A DNA stretch of 64,000 nucleotides from an uncultured delta proteobacterium. Lineage in GTDB: Bacteria > Myxococcota > B64-G9. Position 1 is the first letter of the stretch. Every line of letters begins with the position of its first letter. The DNA is taken from positions 157,982 to 221,981 of the forward strand of contig CAVWHX010000011.1 of NCBI GenBank assembly GCA_963754925.1, written 5' to 3'. The notes below the pieces were generated by a model, which worked only from the letters and a program-made list of their open reading frames with translations, was not told the DNA's origin and ran no database searches. Shown here piece after piece: positions 41,059 to 52,810 of the stretch. Both the position numbers and the translations under genes were made by a program.

Positions 41059-42246
41059 ATGAGAAACCGTAGATGGTTTTGGTGTGGCGCTCTGTTACTG
41101 ACCGGGTTGATGGTTGGATGCGGCTCGGACGAAATTGGCGCGGTCAATTCCGAAACGGCGCCTCTTTCCACCAGCGCTCCGGGGACTATCATCTCGTCAC
41201 AACCTGTTTTTTTCTCTACTGATCTCATCTTGGGTCTCCCGGATTTGACCGTCCAGGCGTGGAAAATCGTGTACCAATCGACCGATGCATTGGGCAATCC
41301 TGACCAGGTTTCGGGGACGATACTCGTACCCATCACCTGGTGGCTCACTGGACCACGGCCGATACTAGCCTTCGCGCCCCAGACACAGGGTATGGCCGAT
41401 CGCTGCGCGCCCTCGGTCACCATGCCGAAAGGCTCGTACCTTGAGGCCTCCCTCATCAAGAGCGCGCTCAACAAGGGCTGGGCCGTCGCGCAGACCGACT
41501 ACCAGGGGCTCGGCACGCCCGGCGTGCATACGTACGCCATCAAAGATTCCAACGGCCGTGCGGTGCTCGACGTGGCTCGCGCGGCGATGCGCTTGTCCTC
41601 CGCGCACCTGAGCACCTCTGCGCCGGTGGTCATATGGGGGTATTCCGAGGGCGGTCAGGCGGCGACTGCGGCCGGCGAGCTGCAACCCAGCTATGCGCCC
41701 GAGCTGAAACTTAAGGGAGTGGCCGCAGGCGGCGTTCCCGCCGACCCGGTAATCTGTGGTAACTACCTGAACGGCAGCCTCTTCATGTCCTTCTTTATGT
41801 ACTCGATGCTGGGACTGGATGCTGCCTACCCCGAGCTGCAGCTGCAAAACTACCTCAACGACGCGGGTAAGGCTGCCTTTGCCGCCGTCGGGAATTCCTG
41901 CGACATTGACGGGCTGTTGCTCTACCCCTTCCACACGTTCTCGGAATTCGTCACGACCGATCCGACCCAAACACTGGCCTGGGGCACCCGCATCATGCAA
42001 CAAAAACTAGGGTCTCGCGTCCAGCCGGTGCCCTATTATCAGTACCACGCCGATCTCGACGAGGTCGTCCCCATCGGCCAGGCCCAAACCCTGCACGCGA
42101 CCTACTGCAGCATGGGTGTGAAAACGGTATTTGCAACGGTATCCCTGAGCGATCACATTTTAGGCGCGTATACCGGGGCCAATGATGCACTGAACTTCTT
42201 GAATGATCGGCTGGCTGGCCGAACCGCACCCCAAAGTTGCCCCTAA
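41059..42246 (+). CDS. Secretory lipase (LIP family) lipoprotein
   Basis: Lipobox-like LMVGC; TQGMADRCAPS, TDYQGLGTPG, GYSEGG nucleophile elbow, DEVVP, DH. Confidence 0.85.
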   Translation: MRNRRWFWCGALLLTGLMVGCGSDEIGAVNSETAPLSTSAPGTIISSQPVFFSTDLILGLPDLTVQAWKIVYQSTDALGNPDQVSGTILVPITWWLTGPRPILAFAPQTQGMADRCAPSVTMPKGSYLEASLIKSALNKGWAVAQTDYQGLGTPGVHTYAIKDSNGRAVLDVARAAMRLSSAHLSTSAPVVIWGYSEGGQAATAAGELQPSYAPELKLKGVAAGGVPADPVICGNYLNGSLFMSFFMYSMLGLDAAYPELQLQNYLNDAGKAAFAAVGNSCDIDGLLLYPFHTFSEFVTTDPTQTLAWGTRIMQQKLGSRVQPVPYYQYHADLDEVVPIGQAQTLHATYCSMGVKTVFATVSLSDHILGAYTGANDALNFLNDRLAGRTAPQSCP

Positions 42247-42306
42247 CCGGGACAATTGGCGGAGGTTTCGAAAAGAGATACCAGGCTCTACAACGAGCGC
42301 TTCAAG

Positions 42307-43868
42307 CTACTCCCACTCAATCGTCGCCGGCGGCTTACTGGAAATGTCGTAGAGAACCCGATTGACCCCTTTTACTTCATTGATGATTCGGTTTGAAACA
42401 ATGGCAAGAAAATCATAGGGTAAGCGAGCCCAGTCGGCGGTCATGCCATCAAGACTGGTAACTGCTCGGATAACAACCGTTTCATCATAGGTACGCTCAT
42501 CACCCATCACCCCAACCGAGCGGACCGGAAGCAGCACCGCAAACGCTTGCCAAGTCTGCGACAGTTGACCGCTGCCGACCAGTTCCTCTTGCAGTATGGC
42601 GTCGGCCTCGCGCAGAACGTCACGGCGGGCCCGGGTGATCGCTCCTATCACCCGTACCCCAAGCCCCGGACCGGGAAATGGTTGGCGTTGAATGACCGAA
42701 CGGGGCAACCCCAGGGTTTCCCCCACCAACCGCACCTCGTCTTTGAACAACTCCTTGAGCGGTTCTATGAGCGCGAGACGCATGCGCTCCGGCAACCCGC
42801 CAACGTTGTGATGGCTTTTGATGGTTGCCGACGGCCCCCGCACCGAGCGCGATTCGATCACGTCGGGATACAGCGTTCCTTGAGCAAGGTAGCGCGCGCG
42901 CTGGAATCGCTGGGCCTGTTCTTCAAACACCCTGATGAACTGTTCTCCGATGATCTTACGCTTGCGCTCCGGGTCGGTTACGCCCGAAAGCCCGTCAAGG
43001 AAACGATCCGAGGCGTCCACCATGGTCAGCTCCATGCCAAAGTGGCAGCCGAAAACCTCTTTGACGCTCTCGGCTTCTCCTTTACGAATCAAGCCGTTGT
43101 CGACAAAAATACAGTGCAGTTGTTTGCCGACGGATCGGTGCAACAGGGTCGCCACCACGGAAGAGTCGACCCCGCCGGACAGGGCGCAGAGCACTTCTTC
43201 ATCGCCTATTTGCTTACGCAGCGCTTCAACTGAACGCTCCACAAAAGAAGACATAGTCCAATCCGGTTTACAGCCGCAAATATGAAAAAGAAAGTTGGCC
43301 AGGATGGCATCGCCGCGCGGGGTATGGGCCACCTCGGGATGAAACTGCACCCCGAATATCCGCCGTTTTCTATCGGCAACGGCGGCGTTGGGTGAGTTGG
43401 CGCTTTTGGCCAGCACCGTATACCCCGGCGGCAACCGATCAACCTTGTCGCCGTGGCTCATCCAGACATCCACGGGCTCGTCAACGGGAAAGCCCGCGAA
43501 CAGGTCGGCGGCGTCCTCTATCATTAATCGAGCGCGGCCGTATTCACGTCGGCGGGAACGCGAAACCTCGCCGCTTTCCAATTTAGCAATAAGCTGCAAT
43601 CCATAACATATACCGAGAATCGGCACGCCGAGATCCAATAAACCACGGTCACCGGTGGGCGCGTCCTCTGCGTTAACTCCCATCGGACCGCCGGAAAGGA
43701 TAACCCCGGATGAGACCGAAAGCCTGGATCCGTTCCAACGAGAGATTGCACGGATGGATCTCGCAATACACTCGTTGCTCACGCACCCGCCGAGCTATGA
43801 GCTGAGTATACTGAGATCCAAAATCAAGAATTTAAAATCTTGTTCTGAGGCAAGCTCGTTGGGGACAT
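42307..43868 (-). CDS. guaA: GMP synthase (glutamine-hydrolysing), two N-terminal frameshifts
   Basis: [53 protein letters not shown]. Confidence 0.95.
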
Positions 43869-43872
43869 AGGC

Positions 43873-45337
<1,465 letters not shown>

Positions 45338-45474
45338 ATGGTCACCTCGCCTTGCAATTTTTAACCCATCAATAAAAGCAAAGTGTTAGCGGAACCTATA
45401 CCAGACGGAGCGGCCCGTCAAGTCAAGATTGAATATCGCGTAATCCAACAATCAAATTTTACTTCTGAAAACTA

Positions 45475-46174
45475 CTAGTCACGAGATCGGCTGGAGCCAC
45501 CGGTAAACCGGAGCACGTAGTAGAGTAGAGTGAGGGCACTGGTGATCAACGCTGCAACGTACGTCATCGCCGCAGCGGTAAGAACTTTTTTCACCCCATC
45601 AGCTTCTTCGGTTGTAATCAATCCGGTATCTAACAATCGTGCTTTGGCTCGACTGGAGGCATCGAGTTCAACCGGTAACGTAACCAATTGGAAGGCAATC
45701 ACCACCGAGAAGATCATGATCCCGAACCAAACGAGGCCGGCAAGATTCAACAGTAATCCTAAAATGATCACCATGTACGAGAGCCATGAGCCAATGTTGG
45801 CGGGCAAAACCAAGCCTTGTCGAAGCGCCATGGCACTATAGTGTTCCGCATGCTGAATGGCGTGGCCTACCTCATGGGCGGCGACGCCGATGGATGACAC
45901 CGAACGTCCATGGTAAACGTCGGGGGAGAGATAGACCACCTTGGCTTTTGGATCATAGTGGTCGGTGAGAACACCTTGATACTGTTCTACGGTTACTTCG
46001 CGAATCCCGGCACGATCAAGCAACGCCTCGGCTATTTGAGCTCCGCTCATACGGTTACCGATCGCCACGGTCTGATATCTGGCAAACGTAGACTTCACTT
46101 TAAAACTCGCCCCAGAGGGCAATCAACATCCCCGGACCAACAATAATAAAATAAAGGGGATCAAATCCAATCAT
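45475..46174 (-). CDS. YugP-like membrane zinc metallopeptidase, frameshift near 46112
   Basis: MIGFDPLYF start, LTDHYDP, AAHEVGHAIQH (HExxH), TLPVELDASSRA, AAAMTYVAA. Confidence 0.88.
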
Positions 46175-46357
46175 GAAACTTCCTCCTTCAATTGGTTGCC
46201 ATCCCCGATTCAGGGCAAATAGTGGCAATTATTTTCCCATTGGTCAAGACCAAACCCGACGGGAATATATGAACGTCGGCAGTAAAAAACCGCCGCCGTC
46301 ATCAAAGCATACTATTTACCGTATTAGTTACGAAAAATAGGCAGGCAGCGTATCGAG

Positions 46358-46898
46358 TTAATAACGCCACGTCAGCATAAGGTGCGCTGAATCCTTGGCG
46401 AACGCCAACGAAGGCACGGGCAGCCGACTGACCTCGCCAGGGCCCTCGTCCAACAAGCCTTTGTTGTATATCTCAGCCGAAGAAGATCCGACTCCAGGCA
46501 ATGAATTCGAAGGCTACCCCCAGCGCCAGGAGACCGCCGCCGGTCGCAAGAGCGATGATGCCGGTGTTTTGTCCAATCTTGTCGGCGAGATCATTCTCAA
46601 AGATGTAGTAGACGCCGCCAAAAATAAATGCTGCGATTGCGAGGCTCGTCGAGACAATCGCCGTGGTATGCCAGATGCGGTAGTTGTTGAATGCCGACAG
46701 CGCCTCGGGGTTATTGCGGATGAGCGCGCTATACTCGTTGCCATCGTCGTTGATGCCATAGGTCTTCTCATCCATGGTGTAGGATTCGCCGGCAAAAAAC
46801 AAAAAGCCATGCCTAATCTTTGCCTCCTGAGCCTGGGCGGAGGAAATGATCAGTACGCATACAACCACCGATACCACCATGGATATCCCCTTAGTCAT
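46358..46898 (-). CDS. Hypothetical exported/membrane protein, probable frameshift near 46485
   Basis: Signal peptide, two hydrophobic segments; alternative frame continues SAEIYNKGLL...LMLTWRY to a stop at 46358. Confidence 0.55.
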
Positions 46899-46921
46899 AC
46901 CAGCTCCTTCGTTCGATTTGG

Positions 46922-47395
46922 TTACGTATCGATCCCCGGAAACCCCGCTACCATCAATGTTCGCAGATGTTCTCGGCAACCAGTGAGCTTTTTTGAAAAC
47001 TGGTTTATGATCGCGATCACGAGTTTCAGGCAGACCTGCGGCTTTTGATTTTGGAGCTTAATAAAATCGCGCCGCATTATTTCAATGAGCTCGCAGTCTG
47101 TTTTCGCGGTCGCCGTCACCATACGATGCCCGCCGATGAGTAAGCTTATCTCTCCAAAGAATTCGCCCGGTGCAAGTTGGTCGAGCACCACGTCGCGTCC
47201 ATCAGCCGATCGCACGCTCAACTGAACAATTCCATTCTTCACGATGTACATCGACTCGGCCGCCATACTTTCAACAAAAATTGGCGTTTGTGCGGTTACT
47301 GGTCGGTGACGAGATATTTTGGCCATCATCAGAAGGCCGGGCTCATGGTAACCGGAGAACAACGGGCACGATTTGAGGGCTTGGATGACAGACAT
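46922..47395 (-). CDS. Stand-alone cyclic nucleotide-binding domain protein
   Basis: CPLFSG, MYIVKNGIV, PGEFFGEISLL...HRMVTATA phosphate-binding cassette. Confidence 0.85.
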   Translation of the reverse strand: MSVIQALKSCPLFSGYHEPGLLMMAKISRHRPVTAQTPIFVESMAAESMYIVKNGIVQLSVRSADGRDVVLDQLAPGEFFGEISLLIGGHRMVTATAKTDCELIEIMRRDFIKLQNQKPQVCLKLVIAIINQFSKKLTGCREHLRTLMVAGFPGIDT

Positions 47396-47506
47396 CGCCC
47401 TTTTTTTATATCAGATTATCGTCTTCTAGGGCAAGAAATTGACGCTCCCGCATCGGCCCGACCACGCGGCCTTTTCGGTTTGGCTATGACTCATCGTAAA
47501 AGCAAG

Positions 47507-47535
47507 TTGACAAGTGGAATGCAGAGAAGGATGAT
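47507..47535 (+). promoter_or_regulatory. Putative sigma70 promoter for the inositol-3-phosphate synthase gene
   Basis: TTGACA-17 nt-GATGAT upstream of AGGAGG and ATG 47564. Confidence 0.4.
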
Positions 47536-47563
47536 GCACGCAATTAATTTCAGGAGGATATCG

Positions 47564-48898
47564 ATGCCCACGGAAAAAACAAAAAAGACAAAAATAGCTG
47601 CGGCTTCCGGGAAGCTGGGAATACTATTTGGAGGACTGGGCGCGGTAAACACCACCGTTATCGCCGGTGTCGAAGCTATCCGGCAGGGTATCGCCAGGCC
47701 CATCGGCTCGTTGACGCAAATGGGCACTATCCGGCTTGGCAAACGCACCGAGGGACGTTCGCCGCTCATTAAGGATTTCGTTCCGCTTGCCACCCTGGAC
47801 AACCTGCGTTTTGGAGCCTGGGATGTCTATCACGATAACGCGTATGAATCAGCGGTCAAAGCGGGTGTTCTCGATCGCACTCTTCTCAACGATATCCGAC
47901 CGGTGCTCGAGCGGATAAAACCCATGTCTGCTGTTTTCGATCCGCGCTATGTCAAGCTGCTCAAGGGCGACATCAGCAACGTCAAGTCCGGGAAAAACCT
48001 CATGGATAAGGCGGAGATGTTGATGCGCGACATCGATGCTTTTATTGACCGCGAGAAGGTCGATCGCGTGATCATGATTTGGGCTGCGAGCACCGAGGCC
48101 TACCTTGAGCTCAAACCCTTTCATAAAGACATTGCCTCACTTGAAAAGGCCATGCGGCAGAATAACCCGGATGTGGCCCCCAGCATGGTCTATGCCTATG
48201 CCGCCCTGAAGAAAGGCATCCCTTTCTGCAACGGAACGCCCAGCCTCACCGTCGATATTCCGGCGATTCAGGAGCTGGCCGATAGCAAGAATCTGCCAAT
48301 CTCGGGCAAGGATTTCAAAACCGGCCAGACCTTGATGAAGACCATCATAGCCCCGGGCATAAAGGCACGGATGTTGGGGGTCTCCGGATGGTTTTCCACC
48401 AATATCCTCGGCAATCGTGACGGCGAAGTGCTTGACGATCCCGAATCATTTAAAACTAAGGAAGTCAGCAAGCTCAGCGTGCTCGATACGATTTTTGACA
48501 CCAAAACAAATAAAGAACTGTATGGCGATCTGTATCACAAGGTCCGGATCAACTACTACCCGCCGCGGGGAGACGCAAAGGAGAGTTGGGACAATATCGA
48601 TATCGTCGGCTGGCTGGGTTACACGATGCAGATCAAGGTCAATTTCCTCTGCCGCGATTCGATACTCGCGGCGCCGGTAGCGCTTGATCTGGCGTTGTTC
48701 TCGGATCTGGCGCACCGTTCGGGGCTCAAAGGCATCCAGGAATGGTTGAGCTTTTATTACAAGAGCCCCATGGTGGCCGCCGGGTTGTATCCCGAGCATG
48801 ATCTTTTCATTCAGCAGATGAAACTGAAAAACACGCTGCGCTACCTCAAAGGCGAAGCTCTTATCACTCATTTGGGTAATGAGTATTATGACTTCTAG
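47564..48898 (+). CDS. ino1: Myo-inositol-1(3)-phosphate synthase
   Basis: GSLTQMGTIRLGKR, GKDFKTGQT, NILGNRDG, DAKESWDNID, CRDSILAAP, SFYYKSP. Confidence 0.92.
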   Translation: MPTEKTKKTKIAAASGKLGILFGGLGAVNTTVIAGVEAIRQGIARPIGSLTQMGTIRLGKRTEGRSPLIKDFVPLATLDNLRFGAWDVYHDNAYESAVKAGVLDRTLLNDIRPVLERIKPMSAVFDPRYVKLLKGDISNVKSGKNLMDKAEMLMRDIDAFIDREKVDRVIMIWAASTEAYLELKPFHKDIASLEKAMRQNNPDVAPSMVYAYAALKKGIPFCNGTPSLTVDIPAIQELADSKNLPISGKDFKTGQTLMKTIIAPGIKARMLGVSGWFSTNILGNRDGEVLDDPESFKTKEVSKLSVLDTIFDTKTNKELYGDLYHKVRINYYPPRGDAKESWDNIDIVGWLGYTMQIKVNFLCRDSILAAPVALDLALFSDLAHRSGLKGIQEWLSFYYKSPMVAAGLYPEHDLFIQQMKLKNTLRYLKGEALITHLGNEYYDF

Positions 48899-48918
48899 CC
48901 CCGAACGCTTCCGATCGG

Positions 48919-50028
48919 ATGCGAAAGATGACCTTAGAGCAACTCGACGTTTCGATCGTCCTCCCGACGTACAACGAAGCTGAGAACATTCCCGTCATCG
49001 TTCCTCGTATTTGCCAAACCCTTCAGCAAGCCGGGATCCGCGGCGAGGTGGTGGTAGTCGACGACAACTCTCCCGATCGCACCGGGGCAATTGCGCAAGG
49101 GCTTGGCGAGCAGCTACCCGTTCGAACACTGGTGAGGACCACCGAACGCGGACTTGCCACAGCCGTGATCGCCGGATTTAGGATGGCCACGGGCAGGGTG
49201 GTGGTCGTCATGGATGCCGACGGAAGTCATCCGGTTGAGAAGCTGCCTGAGATGGTGAAACCGATACTTGAAGATCGCGCGGACGTAACCGTCGGCAGCC
49301 GCTACATTCCTGGTGGCGATGTTGACCAGTGGGTCTGGTACCGCCGCGTGGTGTCGAAAACCGCCGCCTTGATGACGGTCGGCCTGACAAAGATGTCAGA
49401 CCCAACCTCCGGCTTTATGGCCATTGACAAACGGCTGCTCGATGGAGTCGATCTTAATCCGATCGGTTGGAAGATCGTTCTGGAAGTGGTGGTCAAAGCC
49501 GCTCCGCGGCGCCTGCTGGAGGTCCCGATCACGTTTGTGGATCGCAAACTCGGCGCTAGCAAGATGAGCTTGAAAGAACAGCGCAACTATCTCGTGCACT
49601 TGCTCCGCCTCTATACATTTAAATACGCCCGGCTATCGGAGTTTTTCAAATTTTGTCTGGTGGGCCTGTCAGGCGTCGTGGTCGATGAGGGAATCGTTTT
49701 CGCCCTCAAAACGCTCTTCGGCATGGAAACTCTGTTATGCGCGGTGTTCGGTTTCCTAGCCGCCGTATCGACCAATTACGTTTTCAATCGCTATTGGACG
49801 TTCGAAAGCGGCCGGGATGCTCCTATCCTGCGCTCGTATCTCACGTTTGTCGGCGTCTGCTGCTTTGGTTTGGTCGTACGCCTGGGGGTCATGCACCTCC
49901 TCATTCGCTATACGTGGTTAGACGAGGGCAACTGGTATCTGCTGACAAACCTTATCGGCATTATCGTTGCCACCCTGGTCAACTTCATCGGCAGCAAATT
50001 CATCGCATTTGCCGCTCAAGAAACCTAA
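48919..50028 (+). CDS. GT2 polyprenol-phosphate mannose synthase-like fused to GtrA flippase domain
   Basis: LPTYNEAEN, VDDNSPDRT, MDADGSH, DPTSGF, SKMS; C-terminal KFCLVG...NYVFNRYWTF. Confidence 0.88.
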   Translation: MRKMTLEQLDVSIVLPTYNEAENIPVIVPRICQTLQQAGIRGEVVVVDDNSPDRTGAIAQGLGEQLPVRTLVRTTERGLATAVIAGFRMATGRVVVVMDADGSHPVEKLPEMVKPILEDRADVTVGSRYIPGGDVDQWVWYRRVVSKTAALMTVGLTKMSDPTSGFMAIDKRLLDGVDLNPIGWKIVLEVVVKAAPRRLLEVPITFVDRKLGASKMSLKEQRNYLVHLLRLYTFKYARLSEFFKFCLVGLSGVVVDEGIVFALKTLFGMETLLCAVFGFLAAVSTNYVFNRYWTFESGRDAPILRSYLTFVGVCCFGLVVRLGVMHLLIRYTWLDEGNWYLLTNLIGIIVATLVNFIGSKFIAFAAQET

Positions 50029-50067
50029 TCCCGAGCCGCGCGACGGCTCGGTCATACGCCAGGGATG

Positions 50068-50508
50068 TCAGGCAGATTTGTCGAGGCTGGCTGAAGGTTT
50101 ATTGCGGCTTAAGAACCTCCGCAAAACCAGGTAGAACGCACTGCCGACACACCCGCCAAGGGTATCGGCAAGGGCATCAAATACATCCGAGTCACGGTTG
50201 GGGACGGTGGATTGATAGAGCTCGTCGAGCGCACCCAGCACCCCACAAAAGAACACCGTCAGCAGCAGGATGACCCACCACGACTTCAAACGGTTCGAAG
50301 AGCCAAGCGCTCGGGAAAACAGAATCGCCAAGACTGAGTACTCGCCGCAGTGCAATACCTTGTCAAACTGCCGGAAGGGAAACTTGAACGGGAACGGCAG
50401 ATGGGACATTGAAGACAGTGAAAAAATTATGCCGATATACACCGCTATCGGCAGCCAATAAACCACTATCGTTTTCGTCAACGATCTGTCTTCGCGTCCA
50501 CGAGCCAT
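50068..50508 (-). CDS. VanZ family protein
   Basis: DKVLHCGEY, DELYQSTVPNRDSDVFDALAD. Confidence 0.85.
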   Translation of the reverse strand: MARGREDRSLTKTIVVYWLPIAVYIGIIFSLSSMSHLPFPFKFPFRQFDKVLHCGEYSVLAILFSRALGSSNRLKSWWVILLLTVFFCGVLGALDELYQSTVPNRDSDVFDALADTLGGCVGSAFYLVLRRFLSRNKPSASLDKSA

Positions 50509-50584
50509 GCCAGCTTAGTCTCCCTCAAGAACGCTCACGTTGCGTCCTACCACCGCCGAGACGCTCTCGATCAATGAAAAATAA

Positions 50585-51143
50585 CTACATTTTATATTTG
50601 CCGAAGTCCTCAGGTCTGAGACTTTCGAGAATTTGAGACCATTTGTCCTTTTTGTCGCCGCCTTCACCGGGCGTGTTGGCCTGTTCCAATTCCTTGATGG
50701 TTCCCAAATCAACCTGCTGCGAACCGTCGATGACCTTTCGGGCAACATAAATTTCGGCGTTGGTCCGTATGGCAAGCGCAATCGCATCCGAGGGTCTCGC
50801 GTCGATCTCGAGCAGAGTACCTTGATGGTCAAGATACATCGTTGCGAAAAAGGTGTTCTCCTTGAGATCGCACACTTCAATTTTCTTCAAGTCGCGCACC
50901 GAGGACTTCGAGCACGTTCTTGAAAAGATCGTGCGTCATCGGTCGAGCCAACTTAATGCCCTCGAGTTCGGTTGCAATGGCGCTCGCCTCCACCAAACCA
51001 ATCCAGATAGGTATAGCGGTGTCGCCCTTGGCATCCTTAAGAATGATAATGGGCATGTTGTTGGATGGGTCTAGGGTGATGCCCGCCACGACCATCTTAA
51101 CCATCTCCCCGCTGGTATCGGGTGGGGCGTTTTGTTGTTCCAT
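50585..51143 (-). CDS. Bifunctional nuclease (DUF151) family protein, frameshift near 50885
   Basis: PIIILKD, IPIWIGLVEASAI, RPMTHDL, DARPSDAIALA, FGKYKM. Confidence 0.9.
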
Positions 51144-51302
51144 AAATTCCTCCTCGTCTATGCTCACCGCAGGTTCGAGCGAGCGCCAACCAGCAGTGAA
51201 AGAGTCTATCTTCATATTTCGTTGTCTTGTCAACCGCATTCTCTATTTTTTTTATTCTACAGCCATCCCCGCGGACGTCGTCACTACGGTGACCCGCCTC
51301 TG

Positions 51303-52652
51303 TCAACAACGTTGCCCCCAGACGGTGTGGCCCCGAGCCTCGAGAATACGCACGTCAACCAGCTGTCCGACGGCAGGCCGCACCGGGACAAAGAAGTTTA
51401 CCACTCGGTTACAGTGGGTCCTGCCGGTGAAGGCGTCGGGATCACGCAGGCTCGCGCCTTCAACCAACACCTGCTGACGGGTATTGACCAATCGCGCCAG
51501 GCTTGAGCTTTCGAGATGAGCAAGCATCGCCTGCAGCCGCAGCAATCGAGCCTTTTTTATCGGGGACGCAACATCATCGGGCAATGCCGCGGCTGCAGTC
51601 TTTGGCCGGGGCGAGTACATGAACGAAAAGGCTTGATCGAACGCGGCCTGTTTCACCGCCTCAAGGGTATCTTGAAAATCATGATCGGTCTCGGAAGGAA
51701 AACCGACAATCAGATCGGTGGTCACACTCACACCCCCAACATTCTGACGTAACGTTGCCGTCTTCTCGAGAAAAGACTCCCGGGTATACCCGCGGTTCAT
51801 CCGCGCGAGGATCCGATTCGAACCGGACTGCAGCGGGAGATGCACGTTCTCGCAAACGCGTTCAGCCTGAGAGAGCACGGTGATCAATTCGTTACTGAGG
51901 TCCTTGGGGTGGCTCGTGGTGAACCGTATGCGCGGGACGGCGGCCTGACGATCCAGGGCGGTCAGAAGCCCGACAAAATCGGTCCCCGTCGGATCGCGGT
52001 AGGAGTTGACGTTCTGTCCCAACAAGGTGACCTCACGGCATCCGCGCTGCGCGAGGGTAGCAACTTCATTGAGTATGTCAGCGAGTGGCCGACTCACCTC
52101 GCGGCCGCGCAGCTGTGGCACTACACAAAAACTACAAAAGTTGTCGCAGCCCTTCATGATCGTGACCGACGCACACAGGGGCGCATGCATGCCCGGCGCT
52201 AAGGGAACAAAACCGGGATGCTGCTGATCGTGCTCCTCTACCGCCAAAAGCGGCCGTTGCCCCGCGAAGATCGCCTCGACAATCTCAGGCAAGCGCACAA
52301 CGGCGTCCGGACCGACGACCGCATCCAAAAATGGCGCCTGCGTAAGCAACCGTTCCCCTTCTTGCTGAGCCACGCAACCCGCGAGGACGATTCGTAATCC
52401 GCGTGTCGCATGCGCCCGACGATAGCGGCCAGCTTCACTCAATGCCTTATGTTCGGGCTTGGCGCGCACACTGCAAGAATTGATGATGAGCAGGTCGGCG
52501 TCGCGCGGCGTCGCTACGCGCTTCCATCCATGAAAAACGAGCCATTGCGCCATGCGATCTGAATCGTGATCGTTCATCTGGCAACCAAACGTGCGAATAC
52601 AAAAGGTCTGTTGGGTACCCGCCATAGCACCCTGCTTAGCACTATTGCTCAT
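51303..52652 (-). CDS. miaB: tRNA-2-methylthio-N6-dimethylallyladenosine synthase
   Basis: TFGCQMNDHDS, NSCSVR, GCVAQ, radical SAM CDNFCSFC, LGQNVNSY, C-terminal TRAM domain. Confidence 0.93.
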   Translation of the reverse strand: MSNSAKQGAMAGTQQTFCIRTFGCQMNDHDSDRMAQWLVFHGWKRVATPRDADLLIINSCSVRAKPEHKALSEAGRYRRAHATRGLRIVLAGCVAQQEGERLLTQAPFLDAVVGPDAVVRLPEIVEAIFAGQRPLLAVEEHDQQHPGFVPLAPGMHAPLCASVTIMKGCDNFCSFCVVPQLRGREVSRPLADILNEVATLAQRGCREVTLLGQNVNSYRDPTGTDFVGLLTALDRQAAVPRIRFTTSHPKDLSNELITVLSQAERVCENVHLPLQSGSNRILARMNRGYTRESFLEKTATLRQNVGGVSVTTDLIVGFPSETDHDFQDTLEAVKQAAFDQAFSFMYSPRPKTAAAALPDDVASPIKKARLLRLQAMLAHLESSSLARLVNTRQQVLVEGASLRDPDAFTGRTHCNRVVNFFVPVRPAVGQLVDVRILEARGHTVWGQRC

Positions 52653-52697
52653 CGAACCCAAGGTATTGTTTCAATGGAGGTTGTCATCACCGCGAAC

Positions 52698-52810
52698 CCC
52701 TAAAGGGATAAGAGATTGTCCAGAGGATAAGAGATTGTAATCCTCACTTCGTTCGTCAACAATCTCTTATACGCCTCGCTCACCTTCGTTTCGCTCGCTA
52801 CAATCTCTAA
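52698..52810 (+). repeat. GGATAAGAG-hairpin mini element, nested copies D (outer) and E (inner, 52720-52770)
   Basis: ccctaaagggataagagattgt [ccagaggataagagattgt...acaatctcttat] ...acaatctctaa. Confidence 0.8.

Noticed and set aside
47177..47563. Long N-terminal extension of inositol-3-phosphate synthase
   Set aside because: Overlaps the divergent cNMP gene; RBS and promoter support ATG 47564
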